DNA of 64,000 nucleotides from contig OX597829.1 in the NCBI GenBank assembly GCA_951406725.2, forward strand, positions 7,130,001 through 7,194,000, read 5' to 3'. Below, in pieces: positions 28,327 through 43,430 of this stretch (its first letter is position 1; the number at the start of each line of letters is the position of its first letter). The notes below the pieces were generated by a model. The model was not told the DNA's origin. It ran no database searches and worked only from the letters and a program-made list of their open reading frames with translations. The position numbers and the translations under genes are program-made. Source of the stretch: Octopus vulgaris. Taxonomy: Eukaryota.

Positions 28327-28445
28327 TGACTGGCTGACTTTTGTTGGCGGCTTTTGAATACATTAATATTGTTGTTGTTGTTGTTGTTGCTTTTTATTAT
28401 TATTATTTTTATTGTTGTTATTTTTATTTTTATTATTACAATTAC

Positions 28446-28479
<34 letters not shown>

Positions 28480-29049
28480 GCTATTACCACCATCTTAATT
28501 GTGTGGATGTTTTTACCGAGATTCTTGTTGTTCTTGATGCTACTCCAGCTAGTGGTTGTGTTGTTGCTCATCTTCGTTCTGCTGATTTCTTTTCATGCAC
28601 ATTTCTTCTTCTTCTTCTTCTTCTTCTTCTTTTTCATCTTTTTCTTCTTTTTCTTCTTCTTCTTCTTCTTCTTCTTATTATTATTATTATTATTCTTTTC
28701 CTCCTCCTCCTCCTCCTCTTCTTCTTCTTCTTCTCCTTCTCCTTCCTCTTCTGTTTACTATTTCTGCGGCTGCTGCTGAAGCTGCTGCTGTTGTCGCTGT
28801 TGCTATTCCTAACGACTAAAAGTAAAATGAGAGGAGGAAAGAGACAGATACAGACAGTATAACACATAAAGCTATTTGCACACACAAAAGGCACACATAT
28901 ACACACTAGAGAAGGAACGAGGAACAAATAAATAAGTAAATAAATGAGTAAAAGACAAGCGTACAAACAATGCAGTAAGCAAACTCATACCAGCACGCAG
29001 TACACACATACCAAGGACATAGACATCTGCACACACACACATACACGTG

Positions 29050-29330
29050 CGCGCATCCAGTTCTTTTTAGCATATCAGATAGAGGTGTCAGTGCCAAGCA
29101 GAAAAGGAGTGGAGAGAGCGTGTCTCCCTGGAATATTCCTCTTCTAATGGAGATGGCTTTGGTTTTCACAAGTTCCTCTTTTGTTTGGAGCTGTAGCACT
29201 GTCTGCCATTTATTTATAGAGTGTCTTATGTATTTCATAATTGTTGGTGCTACCTTGTAAATGGCTGGTGTTTCGAGGATCCACGTGGGGGGAATGTTAT
29301 CAGACGCCTTTCGGTAGTCGATCCAGGCCA
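29050..29330 (-). pseudogene. R4/Dong-type RT fragment
   Basis: AWIDYRKASD..RRGIFQGDTLSPLLFCLALTPLS. Confidence 0.9.
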
Positions 29331-29340
29331 TACACGCACG

Positions 29341-29390
<50 letters not shown>

Positions 29391-30813
29391 CAGATATAAA
29401 CGCAAATGCATGCGCAAATAAGCATACATAACACAGAAAGACAAAAATGGACTAAACGCGTTAAGAAGAAGCACATGTGATAGAGAGGCGCTGAAGACGT
29501 CGTCGTAGGATGTATGACGAAGAAACAAAAAGCTGAACAGAAGACCAAATATATTGTGCGTGCATTTAATTGGTTAGACATAGCTATCCCCAAGTATAAG
29601 AATAATTCTTTCAATACAGAGTTTCACATCAAGAATCTTGCAAACCAAATAAACCTATAGCATATGTGTATATGTTTGTGTGTCTGTCTCTGTGTGTGTG
29701 CGCGCGCGCGTGTGCCAACTAAGCACTTGCGCTGTATATTTGGTCTTCACTTCAGATTTATTATTTTTTTTATTTCTTTGTCAAAGATCTTTACATTACG
29801 CATCCTGTGACCTCTGGGATAAAGAGTCGTTGAAGAGGTCTCAGGATGTGTGTCCAAAGAGCTTTGATAAAGAAACAAATATAATAATAATAAATTTGAG
29901 GTAAAGACCAAACATATGGTGCCTGTGTTTAACTGACAATTTCCCAAGAATAAAAAAATGTAAAAATCCTTCGCTAATATGACTTTGTTTTGAATTTAAA
30001 ATTAACATTTCCAATTTGAATACCATTTATGATATTCTAAATACTAAAAGGATAAATTTTATGATGTTTTAAATCATAAAGGAAAATTACATGCATTGAA
30101 GTACAGCCGTCACTTTTGGCATTTTGTTCCTCGCATTTACTGTTTGCTTTGCTTTCACCTCCATATTAGGGAATTCGACAAAATTCCTCCACACCTTTCA
30201 CTTTACATTCTTACACAAACACAACTAAGCGATCACAAATTGCCTCTCCGTATGGTTCCTTGACATGCAATTAATACCAGCTAAATTTGCATCAAATCGC
30301 ACCCTATCTCTTCAAAAGGAGCATCGCTTTAAGATAAAGTGCAATCGAAAACCTAACGGGTGGTAATTGATGGAACTCCATTGGTGATCTTAAAAATGAT
30401 GGAAGCAGCTTTAATAAACTTCTTTTCCAATGATTTGAGTATCTTTCCTTCTCTAGTAACCGCTACTACATTTTTCGTTGCGTATTATCTACAAGGAATC
30501 TGTTTTAATATTTGCTCTTTTATAGTATTACAGATGATGTACGAGAAACATGTTTCAACCATCATAATGTATATATATGGTCTCTATCCACGCTTACCAC
30601 AAACTTCAATTTCTCTTGTCAGCCATAATATTTTACATTTCTGCATTAACCACTTTCTCGATTCTATCTTCGTACAGAGCGTTAGTCCACTGGAATTCCT
30701 TCCAAGAGCATTTATTTCTTGAAGACTTCGACTTCCACATTTTGAATCCGACTCTACGAACACAATCCTAATCAATCTGAATGTCCAATGATCTGTTATC
30801 TGCACCTATATCT

Positions 30814-31045
30814 TATTTCTTTACTGCCCACAAGGGGCTAAACAGAGAGGGGACAAACAAGGACAGACAAAGGGATTAAGTCGATTACATCGACCCCACT
30901 GCGTAACTGGTACTTATTTAATCGACCCCGAAAGGATGAAAGGCAAAGTCGACCTCGGCGGAATCTGAACTCAGAACGTAACGGCAAACGAAATACCGCT
31001 AAGCATTTCGCCCGGCGTGCTAACGTGTCTGCCAGCTCGTCGCCT
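30814..31045 (-). mobile_element. SINE family A, young full-length copy
   Basis: Perfect 18-bp TSD TTATCTGCACCTATATCT (30796-30813 / 31046-31063). Confidence 0.95.
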
Positions 31046-31079
31046 TTATCTGCACCTATATCTGTATGTGTGTGTATGT

Positions 31080-31121
<42 letters not shown>

Positions 31122-32344
31122 ATATGCAACTATTTATAAGTATACTACCGATTACGCGATCAGCCGGTACATTACTTCGTTTACTGCCTTTTCCTCTTTT
31201 TTTAATTGAGCATCATTATGTGAAAAAACTTTAATTTACCGGAATCATCGTTAATTTCTTACTACCAATACTACACAATTAACTGGCTTTTTTTTATTCA
31301 TTAGTAACATATCATGAAGGCGGAAACTTTTTCCTTATCCCTAACTAAAATAATAGAGATACAGGATCGATTTTCTGGATTACGATTCGTCCAAAGAGTT
31401 GCCTAAATAATTAAATGAAATACAGATACCTTTAAATTAGTATAACGATACAATTTTATTAATAACACTCTACTGTGCAAGGAACTGTGAAACAATGCTG
31501 TCCAGTAAACTAGTGTGGTGTCCACTAAAGTTGAAGTTCCTGCCCGTGAATAAGGGTGGATAGTAAGAGGCTCCGGACCACTAGTGTCAGGAAAATTCGA
31601 AGTGTACCTGTCAAAAGATGCAGGTGATAAAAATTTAATTTAACTCTTCTATTTGTTTCTCTTAATGGCATTTCGCCCTTTTCGAAGTCTTGATTTTAAA
31701 TTCCACCTAGGTAAGTCGGCATTGCTTTTCATGCTTGCGGAGTCGGTAAGATAAGTGCCGGTTGAACACTGGGGTAGATGTAATCAACTTACCCACGCCC
31801 TAGAAATTGCTGGCCTTGTGCCAAAATTTGAAATCATTATAATTAATTCGGCAAGCTGTGAAAATCGTTGGTCCGCTGGGGTAAACTCGTAGCGGCATTT
31901 CGTCGTATTTACGCTAAGAGTTGAACTGCAGGATCGATGATATAAGTGCCATTTGGCTACTGGGATGGATGTAATCGATTAGACCATACCCCGGAACTTC
32001 CATGCCTTATGTCTGGAGTAGAAAGGGTTTTTATTATGTTGATTTGGAAAATATTTCCATCTATAGAATACAAAATTTATGCTGTGAAGGTTTAGTAACA
32101 ACAAAGTTATAAATAGCGTGACATCAGTCTTCTAAGAATTTACTCTGAATTATTATTACGGACCTTCCGTTAATCCTGCAAAACAGTTAATCCGGTACAA
32201 GTCTAGAACCAAAAGTGCCGGAAAATTGATGGTGTACCTGTATGTACAAAGCAGTTTCTAACGTTAGAGTATAAATGTCTAATCTTGTACTATCAGTATG
32301 AGTCAGCATGTTTACACACACGTACACACACACATATACACACT

Positions 32345-33540
<1,196 letters not shown>

Positions 33541-33728
33541 GTGCGTTTCCTTGTCAAATTTTATATTTATTCTCTATAAAGAAGTCAGCAAGTTTTAATG
33601 AAAAGTGACGAATCCCGGCCAACACAGCACTATTAATCTCCCATTGTCTACTGATCTATAAGAGGAAAGCTGCATAGGCTCACACTTACATATACATACA
33701 GTAATATATACATACAAATATACATGTA

Positions 33729-33815
<87 letters not shown>

Positions 33816-34765
33816 TGTATAATATGTGTGTGTGCTTGTGCGTAACGTGTCTGTAGATAGCTATCGATATACACACATAAGCATATATATAAATATATAT
33901 ATATATATATATGCATGTGTGTCTCTGTGTATGTGTTTGTATATATATAATCGGAACTCATTTTCCAATTGATCAGTCTAAGTTTTTTTTCTGTTTATTT
34001 TTTGCTTTCTTCTTTTGCCTCCTTTTTTTTTTATCACCTTTTCCTGAAAAATCGATACTATTTTTTCTGTCTCCAGTTTGATTCGTGTTCAGAAAAATGT
34101 GTGAATGATTTATCGATTATGCTTATAGCTTTCTCTGTTGTCAATCGAAGCCATCTCGAAGTTCACGGTCGAATATTTTTGTCAATTCAAGATGCTTTTT
34201 TTTTCTTATGATTTTTTTTTATTATCTTAGTTTTGTATGTATTTTCTTTTCTTCTCTATTGGAGAGGATTATATTGATGTTGCTTTCTCTATGATGATTC
34301 AGATGGTGGTGATGATGATGATGATGACGACGACGAAGGCGACGACAAGACGGAGAAGAGTGGTTTATTGACGATGTTGATCATCATCATCATCATCGTA
34401 ATCATCATCCTCGTCGTCGTCATCATCATCATCATCATCACCATCAATATCATTATCATCATCAATACCGTCATCGTCGTCATCATGATTATCATCATAA
34501 TCTTCATCATCATCGCCGTTGTCATCGCTGTCATTATCGAAGTCTTTTTGTTTCTGTCATCGTCGTCACGTTTATTATTATTATTGTTCTCATTAAGTTA
34601 TGTTCCTCAAGATGATAGAAATGATGATGAAGATATGATGTTGATGCTGGTGATCATAATGCCGTCATCAGCACCATGAACGTATGTATGTATGACGTAT
34701 GTATATATTAGAAAATTACTATCTTTAAATCTGACATTGAGAGATATTCAACCACAGTATTTTGG

Positions 34766-35077
34766 AGTAAAGATTGTTTGCCAACATAACATGGCAGTCC
34801 TGGTTTAGGACGAATGTTGCTGTAATTTAGTCCCAGGAGACATCGTCTCCAGCTGGCTATACAACACCATCTGTGTTCTTATGTTTTCGAACAAGGGAAC
34901 CTGACATACAGATATTGTTTTGAGCTGAGTGGGGGTTGCTAGGATCCTTTGTTCGAAAATATAAGGACACAGATCGTGTCGTATAGCCTGCAGGAGACAA
35001 TGTCTCCTAGGGTTAAATTATAGCAGCATTCGTCCTAAACCAGGACTGCCATGTTATGTTGGCAAACAATCTTTACT
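34766..35077. mobile_element. Foldback MITE with ~137-bp TIRs
   Basis: agtaaagattgtttgccaacataacatggcagtcctggtttaggacgaatg... mirrored at 34941-35077. Confidence 0.9.
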
Positions 35078-35618
35078 ATTATGTATATTTGTTATGTATG
35101 TATGTATACTATGTATGTATATATGTCTGTTTGTATGTATGCTATGTATGTATGTATGTATGCTGTCTATGTATGTCTGTTTGTATGCATGAATGTATGC
35201 ATGTATGTATGCTATGTATGTATGTCTGTTTGTATGTATGAATGTATGTATGTTATGAAAGTATGCATGTTATATTATGTTATATATGTATGTATGTACG
35301 TACAAGTAGCTACAAGTCCCTCCATAGGGACTGAACGACGCATTTCCTGCTTATTCGTTCACCATGTCACTGTCTGCACCGAGTGAAGTTAACTGCCCTG
35401 ACAACAAATGTAGTCTCTTAAAAATATATAAGGCTAAGAGAAATACGATTATCTTTTTGTACGAGGCAGTAGAAAAAGCCGAACATAGAAAAGGAAAGTC
35501 GAAGAAAGAAATTGAAGAAAAGTGAACAAACGAAATAGAAAAAGAGATAGAGATAATTATTAGCGGGGCACAAAAAGGTTTATCGCTCTTTCCATAATAT
35601 ATCGGAAAGTATACACAA

Positions 35619-36450
35619 TCGTATGTGGTCTGATCAATAAGTATCAGAACTGTTGCCATAGTAACGATGCTAAAGCCACTTGGCACAGATTGATTTTCAA
35701 CTCTGCTCTACATGTGGACTAAGTTTTAACATTCTAGCTTACTTCCATTGTTTACTGTAGTTCATGGAATGAAGGTGTATCAGATGTGATCGTCGCATTG
35801 ACCATGACAGAGAAAGTTGAGCTGAGAATCTGCATCAAAATCTTGCCGATACCTGTTCAGAAGCCTATGTAAAGTTTTCAAATAATTTTCATCGTTCTGA
35901 AACCTGAGTGCTTTTGGTTTGCTGGAAGCAATTTTGGCTCAAACTTGGCAGACACGCGTCTCATACCCAAATGGACTGAATTGAACCGTAAATAATCTGC
36001 ACATCCCTTGATAACTCACGGATGGTGATTCGACGAATTCTCCTCACAGATGCTCGCACATCTGCAATGTTTTTCTTAGTTCTGCTGGTTGCGGGTCTCC
36101 AAAAACGTTCGTCAATATCGACATTTTCGGCCATCCTAAAAACATCTGAACCACTTGTACACTTGTGTTCGGCTCATACAATTCTCTCCAAACACTTTCT
36201 CCACCTTTGCATTGGCCTCTGAGCTGGTATCGCCATGACAACTTTTTCTGTCATGGTCAAATCAACGATCACACGTTACACACCTTCCTTCCAAGCACTG
36301 CTGTAAACAGTGGAAGTAAGGTAAAATGTTAATACTTAGTGCGCATGCACAGCAGGGTTCAAGGTAAATCTGTGCCTAGCAAGATTACTCTGTGTACTTT
36401 AGCTTTGTTACTATGGCAATAGTCCTGATACTTATTGATCAAACCTCGTA
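35619..36450. mobile_element. Mariner-derived non-autonomous element built from two inverted 5' ends
   Basis: TIR tgatcaataagtatcag..ttgccatagtaac mirrored at 36405-36450; the transposase start accatgacaga(g/a)aaagt is present on both arms. Confidence 0.85.
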
Positions 36451-38122
36451 CATCAACAAAAGAAGTTCATGCTCTTTTGTCTAATTTTGACTGACCGAAA
36501 TAGTATGCAGGATTGTCTCCAATTTTCAAGTGAGATGTCCTTAACAGAACGGTTTTTGGAAGGAAATTCCAAAATCTCACACTGACTTGTGGCTTGTATA
36601 AGATCTGCAATAGGCACTTTGGAGTAACGATGTTTCAGAATTTGTATATTGCTAGTATTTGTTAAGTTCAATAGATTCATCAATATTCACTTCGTTGAGG
36701 ACGATAATGTCTATTTTGATATGTCATAAACTCATAGCCATATTTATTACGCAGGAATCTCTAGAAAAATATACGGAGATCCTAAGAGCAGGCTGGTCAT
36801 CTCCTACAGTCTCTAATAGACACCAGATGCTTGTGTCTATGGTAAAGGAGGAATATATCCGAACGTGGTTGCAGCTGATACTAGAAAACAGCAATGACGT
36901 AAAAATAATATAACTACATCATATTTAGCAAAAATAAATTAAAATAAAATGGAAGATAAATAGTGCAGTTGAGAAATAAAGAAAATATTTTTTGCCGCCA
37001 CTTATACAGTCTTCTATTGTTGTTTTTGGCATTTATTAGTCTGATATAAATGAAACAGGTGCCAGATGTAAAAAGCAACATCCTTAAATGTCAAGCAGTA
37101 TATTTGTGTACAACTGTCTGGATTTAGAATTTTTACTTAAATATATACGTTGCAATCTTCTTGCATTGGATTCTTGCAACTGCATCAAGCAGAACAAATA
37201 ACTAATCATTTTCTGGAATTCTTTAAATTGCCATTTGAAAAAAAAATTGCCACAGACAACGCACAAGCGTAGATACATTTATACTAAAGAGACATACGTA
37301 CACAAGATGCATACATAGGAAAGCACAAACCCGCAAACATATATACATATATACATATATACATGCAAGTATACCTCGATACATATATACATAAAATAGA
37401 TATGTATATATATGATTGCATATGTGTGTATGTGTGTGTATGTACAGAATCGTAAATGCGAAACTTAAGTAGCACTCGGGAAGATTCAGGTCCAATAAAA
37501 TATATTTTCATCAATTCCTATGTTGATTAGTATAGGACCTGACACGACTACATGGTCGGGTCACGGTGAGTAAAATGGCTACTTGATGAGGAGAGTGAAT
37601 TTTGGATACCCTGCAGGATGAAAAGAGCAAAGAAGCTCATGAGCAGTCAACGACCATCCAACAATAGATTTATATGTGTATGTATGCATGTATGTATATG
37701 CAGGGACGTGGAAATACCTGGTTTGGTGTCCAGATGCGCGGTTATCTCACTGTGAGAGGGCGGCCCCTCTGTTGTTATCACAACATATCTCTAGGAGAGG
37801 GAAACTTTGAGAGAAAACGTGCAACACTGACCATATTCGATTATGTAGACTAGTTTATGCTGTCCATGTTCAGAGAGTGGGACTGGATAAGTGAAAATCA
37901 TTTCCCCCACTACAAAAAATCATCATGCACAGGTATCACTTGAAAACAGGTAAGACTTACCCTAAAAAGGGCTGGTCGTAGCTTTCGCAGGTAATGATAA
38001 TACTCGAACATGAGTTTGCAGCCATCATATATAGAAAAAGCGGTACTTGGGAAAAGTTGTTGTTCGGAAAAGTCATTATACATGTGAGCTACTAATTTTC
38101 CCAACTACTGCGCTTTTTTCTG

Positions 38123-38164
38123 AATATCCTGAAGAAGGGGTTTTCATCCCGAAATATAGAAACA
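38123..38164 (+). ncRNA. Minimal hammerhead motif, decayed stem I
   Basis: CTGAAGA-A-GGGGT-TTTC-ATCCC-GAAA-TA-TA-GA. Confidence 0.5.
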
Positions 38165-38296
38165 CAAAGTAAAACTACTACTTTGTTCTGCTTTCTTTTC
38201 CTTTTGTAGTTTACTTCGTAACTTCTTACATTTCTCTGACTTAAACAACCTTTTTTTAAAAGTTATACCACACAATGCTTCACCAAAACAACCTCG

Positions 38297-38332
<36 letters not shown>

Positions 38333-38370
38333 ATGTGCGCGCGCGAGTGTGTGTGCGTGTGTGCAACTAT

Positions 38371-38705
38371 ATACTGGGTACAGTGAATAAATTGTCTAAA
38401 TTATGCAAAAATGAAAATAACTCTAATATCTCATTTTCACAGATACATTGACCAAAATTACATAAAAATATCTTGAAATATTTAAGTGTAAATTTATTCA
38501 ATAAAATCGCCATTGGATTCAACCACGGTCTCTAGACGACATTAGAATCTCCTGCATCTCTTCTCGACGGTATCCTTGTTTAAATTGGTGAATGCAGCCA
38601 TAATCCTTGCCTTCAGTTCATATTTGCTGTTACAAGGAATTTTATTGGTCTCTTGCTCAGCTGCGCCCAACACATAATAATCAAGTGAGTTGCAATCTGG
38701 GGAGT
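38371..38705 (-). mobile_element. Tc1/mariner (maT-like) 3' fragment
   Basis: Minus strand SPDCNSLDYYV...ELKARIMAAFTNL...VVESNGDFIE*. Confidence 0.8.
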
Positions 38706-38929
38706 TAAGGGTGTTGTAGTTGCAGACATTGGGTTACACATCATATAATTTCAAGATTAAATTGTTGGAAAAACATCGGGCCACAATAAGTAACCTCAAA
38801 AAATCATCGGGTCACAATAAGTGACCTCAAAAACCAAGAATCATCCTAAGTATCCTACTTGTTTCTATTAACACTGTTTACTGTAGTTATGTCTATTTCG
38901 CCTACACGTCTGTTCAAATCTTTTCCTAA

Positions 38930-40846
38930 TTGACCGATGACTGCTTCACTGACCTGGGCCGCCGACCATCCCAGTGGACGCCTGCTCCTGGCCAGTTCCA
39001 AGCAGTTGATCTTTTTGCGGGCGCCTGCCAGCGCGCTGTAGACCGGTTCAACTTCTCCAGGCGTCCCTGTCGTCTCAACATCTCCCCGGCAGAACTCTCG
39101 GCTCTTCGTTCCATCCGACGCCGCACTGACGTCGTTATAAAACCGGCCGACAAGAGTGGAGCAGTGGTGGTATGGCGCGCAGACCTCTATAAAGTCTAAG
39201 CTCTTCGCTACCTTCATGCCACCTCCTTCTACTGCCCTCTGCCCTCTGACTCCACGCCCAGCTACCAGCAGACAGTCTCCTCTATCATCCATGATCTCAT
39301 CTCGTCCTCCCGTCTCTCCCTCAAACCCAACAACCCTGGCCGCCTCATCGTGTACGCCTGTAACTACCCCACCAAGCTTATCTCCAAATATCTCGACCAT
39401 GTCCTTGCACCCCTTGTGGCTTCTCTCCCTTCTCACATCCATGACACCAACCATGCTCTTCGTCTATTCAACTCTTTCTCCTTTCCTCCTGGCCCCTCTA
39501 AACTTCTCTTCACTCTGGACATCCAGAGCCTCTACACGGTGATCCCTCACCACGAGGGGCTGGTGCACTGAACACTTCCTGGACCTCCGACCCAATCCCC
39601 AACCCGACACCTCCACACTCGTTCGTCTGGCCGAGCTTGTCCTCTCATTCAACTGCTTCTCGTTCGCGGGCGATTTCTACAAGCAATTCTAGGGAGTGGC
39701 CATGGGAACGAGAATCGGCCCCAACTATGCCAACCTGTTTGTTGGCTATGTTGAGGCCCAAATATTCTTTAGTTTCACTGGTGCCACTCCCGAACTATAT
39801 GGCCGTTATATTGACGACTATATCGGTGCCACCTCCCTCTCCCGCGAACATCTAGATTCCTTCCTCTCTTTCGTCAAATCTTTCCATCCTGTCCTCCACT
39901 TCCCCTGCACTATCTCTGATACCTCTGTCTCCTTTCTTGACATTTTGGTCAGCATTCATCACTCCACTCTTACCATCTCCATTCACTACAAACACACAGA
40001 CTCACACTCATACCTCAACTTCTCCTTCTCCCATCCCAAACACACCCAGCTTTCCATCCCCTAATTCCCAATTCCTCCGTCTACGCAGGCTCTGTGGTGA
40101 CGACCATGACTTTGAGACTCAGTCTCAACTCATGGCTCGCCACTTCATCCTACGTGGATATCCCCTCACCACTATCCACATCGCCCTTGCCAGAGCACGT
40201 TCCGTGGACCGTGCATCTGCTCTCTCCCCCCGAACCCGCCCTGATGTCCCCCGCCTCCCTTTCCCCTCGCTTACCACCCCACCACCCTACCTCTCCAACG
40301 CACCATTCTCCGAGCTTTCTAGCATCTCCAGTCCGACCCGTACACTTCACACATCTTCCCTAACCGACCCTCCCTTCCTTCAAATTAGCCCACAACATAC
40401 CTCTTGGTCCACAGCTTCTTCCCCAACACCACCTCCCAACCTGGCTCATTCCCCTGCTGCCGCCCATGATGCCGCACTTGCCCTTACTTCTCCACACCAC
40501 CCTCCTCACCGGCACCTATCATCGATCATATCGCATCACCGACTCCTTCACCTGCACCTCCAGCAATATCATCTATTGCTTTTCCTGCTCTCTCTGCCAT
40601 TCTCTGTACATCGGACAAACGGGATGTCGCTTGGCTAACCGGTTCGCGGAACACCTCCGACACATCCACCTCGGCAATGACACCCCGGTATCACGCCATT
40701 TCCGCTCTTTGCAACACCTGTCCGTGTTCGGATTGTCCTTGCACAGAGGCCATCCTGACTCCCGTTTGCGCCGTGAACAGAGATTAATCTTCTCTATTCG
40801 CTCCTTTACGCCATTTGGGCTCAACTCTCCTCCCCTCTTCATATAA
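38930..40846 (+). mobile_element. Penelope-like retroelement (RT + GIY-YIG endonuclease), frameshifted
   Basis: IKPADKSGAVVVW, TLDIQSLYTVIPH, AMGTRIGPNYANLF, RYIDD, SFLDI, SQFLRLRRLC, NIIYCFSC..C..LYIGQTG..RFAEH. Confidence 0.95.
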
Positions 40847-41559
40847 CCTCCTCCACTTGCCTCTCTCCCCCTCTCTCCTACTTCCTCCCACTATTTTCTA
40901 TATTGCTATTTTTTCTATACCTCTTATATGAACTTCCTCATCATTTTGGAATGTAAAGTCAGTTACTTGGTACTTTCGACCCTATTTTTTCTATTACTAT
41001 TAAATCAGACCTTTAGTCTGATTGTTAAACCCCACAACCTATTATATTTCTTATTTACTAGCACTTTAGTAGCTTCATGTTCATTTATCATTGTGGTCAA
41101 ATTCTAGCTTTCTTCATAATTCCCAGTGGATTATTTTCCCCAGATTGCCATGTGCCAGTATGCTACATTCGCTTACTAGAGTAAAACTTACCTCTTTTGA
41201 TTTACATAACCTACTTTGACAATCTACCTGGTTTTTGTTTATTTTGCATTTTATCAAACTAGTCCTCTTATGTTGCTACTATCAAACTGTCTGTCTCCTT
41301 ATTCCGCATTCCTTTCTGCAAACATAACCATCTCACGATTTCCTGTAACTATCTTTGGGAATCTACCATGCAAAGCCATTTGTTGCCAGTCAGATAATAT
41401 TGTTTCTCTTTTTTTCTGGTTTTTAACTTCATTTGTCTCTTAATAAACATTTCCCCTATCAACTGCATAGGAGTTTGTATCTACTCCAGCTAACTCCACG
41501 CAGTCAACTACTGATATTAACCCTCAACCACCTTCTTTTCTAGGTGAGTATAATCTTGC

Positions 41560-42270
41560 TACTCCTGCTCCTTCATTCATATAGAATTCCTTCCTAGTTT
41601 TTTCGTCTAGATTAGTTATTTCAGATTTTGACCAATCAATAAAAGCTGCTGAGCAATAAGTAATGATACTTCCCAAGTATTTACAGCCTCTTATTTGGAT
41701 CACTTAGATTTGACTTCATTAGCTTCCACGCCCTTCTGATGTACACCATCTCAATTTCCGCTTTCATCTCTGTGGTTAGTGTTCTGTCAGATCGTTATAA
41801 CGCTTATACCTCTCTCCTTCTTGCAGTGATCTTTATATCTGACCATCTAGTAATTGGATACCTTCACTGTTGACTACCTGTCTCTTTTTTATGGCTAATA
41901 CTACGCACTTTTCGATACCAAATTCCATTAGCATATTCTTTGATGAAGAGTATTACAGTTTGTATTAAGGAGTTTATTTATTTTTTGTTCTTACTAAAAA
42001 GCGTTAGAACATTCAGGTAGAACAAATGTTTAATTTTTCTTTAACTATCTCTAAACTGATACCCTGCCTTTGCTTTTCTTAATACTAAACTGAGGGGAGA
42101 TTAAGCAAAATACAAATATTAAAGGGTATAAACCAGTATCTCTCGGCAATTCTTCTTGATGTTAATTTTCTCTAAGTCTGTGTCACTGGGCAGAGAACTA
42201 CTTTTCATTTCTTCATGCTAGAGCTAATTAATCCATTTAATAGTCTTTCTTATAATCTATGCGCATTGTT
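41560..42270 (-). pseudogene. Decayed R4/Dong-type RT fragment
   Basis: Minus strand MEFGIEKCVVLAIKK and FIDWSKSEITNLDEKTRK motifs. Confidence 0.75.
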
Positions 42271-42530
42271 TGTTTTTGATTTTGCCGACTACACAGTGTA
42301 GTAGGGTCAGCTGGACACCGTCTGTGAGAAAACAGCACCACGATACAATTCACTCAGCCAAAATTTGGAAACAACATGCTGTACTTCTTGGCATATCCAC
42401 TAGAACATTTCAGAGTAGCGTAGGCTCGAAATGTAAAATAGTTTTCCCTTTTTCCCCGAACGTCAAACTGATACACATGCTTGTTGTTGTCTTTGTTTTA
42501 TCTATAAATTTGAATTATATATATATATAA

Positions 42531-42604
<74 letters not shown>

Positions 42605-42637
42605 CTCGATTGAAAAGCAACTCAAATATAAAAAAAG

Positions 42638-42675
42638 CTGTTACTCAGCGTTTCACGTTCCCGTTCGTCGGACAG
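42638..42675 (-). ncRNA. Type I hammerhead-like motif (U4C variant)
   Basis: CTGT-CCGACGA-ACG-GGAA-CGT-GAAA-C-GCTGA-G-TA-ACAG. Confidence 0.5.
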
Positions 42676-42906
42676 TTTTGTTTAGAATGGAACAGAAATA
42701 AGGTTATAAGCAAACATATACAATTAATTTAATGGATACACATTTGAAAATGGTCTTGTTTCATTGGTCCTTTCAACTAACAGCAAGCAATTACCAAAAT
42801 TCAGGATAAAATCATCTTATTATGAAATAAAAGAAAACGTCAAATCAAAGGACAGTGTCTAAATACATAAGGTAAATATTTATACGCAAAATATAAATCA
42901 ATTAAT

Positions 42907-42970
<64 letters not shown>

Positions 42971-42972
<2 letters not shown>

Positions 42973-43430
42973 CGTAAAGTGTACTAGCCATCTGAATGTG
43001 GCTAGCCACTGGGGGTGGGGTGTTACTGATGCTTTTAGCCCCAGGCGATCAACGTCACCAGCTGGCCTTAGACACACAATTTCAGTGCCCTTGTGACAGT
43101 GGTTGCTGTGAAAAACGTTAAATATTATTATTTGCAACGGTCTCCTTCATCGAAAACCGGTGTTTACCATGCGTTGACGAGAGGCAATTACCTTGAAACT
43201 ATAGTCCGTATGTATCACTTAGGTTTTCGAGGGAGGATGACCTCCCTTTGCAAATAACACAAGGGCACTGAAATTTTGTGTCTAAGGCCAGCTGGTGACG
43301 TTGATCGCCTGGGGCTAAATGCATCAGTAACACCCCACCCCCAGTGGCTAGCCACATTCAGATGGCTAGTACACTTTACGTTGTCGAGCGGTTACTGTTT
43401 ATATCTCGTTCAGAGATTTATTAATGCTTA
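42971..43430 (+). mobile_element. Retrozyme-like element with 125-bp inverted terminal segment
   Basis: 42971-43095 is the reverse complement of 43258-43382 (2 mismatches); central HHR; (TA)n flanks. Confidence 0.8.
43168..43212 (+). ncRNA. Minimal type I hammerhead ribozyme (U3:G8)
   Basis: CATGCG-TTGACGA-GAGG-CAATTA-CCTT-GAAA-CTATAG-TC-CGTATG. Confidence 0.8.

Noticed and set aside
30450-30790. Possible L1/Tx1 RT relic on the minus strand
   Set aside because: Only vague similarity (QWTNALYED); no catalytic motif recoverable
38855-39454. 199-aa minus-strand ORF
   Set aside because: Antisense shadow of the C-rich Penelope RT coding strand
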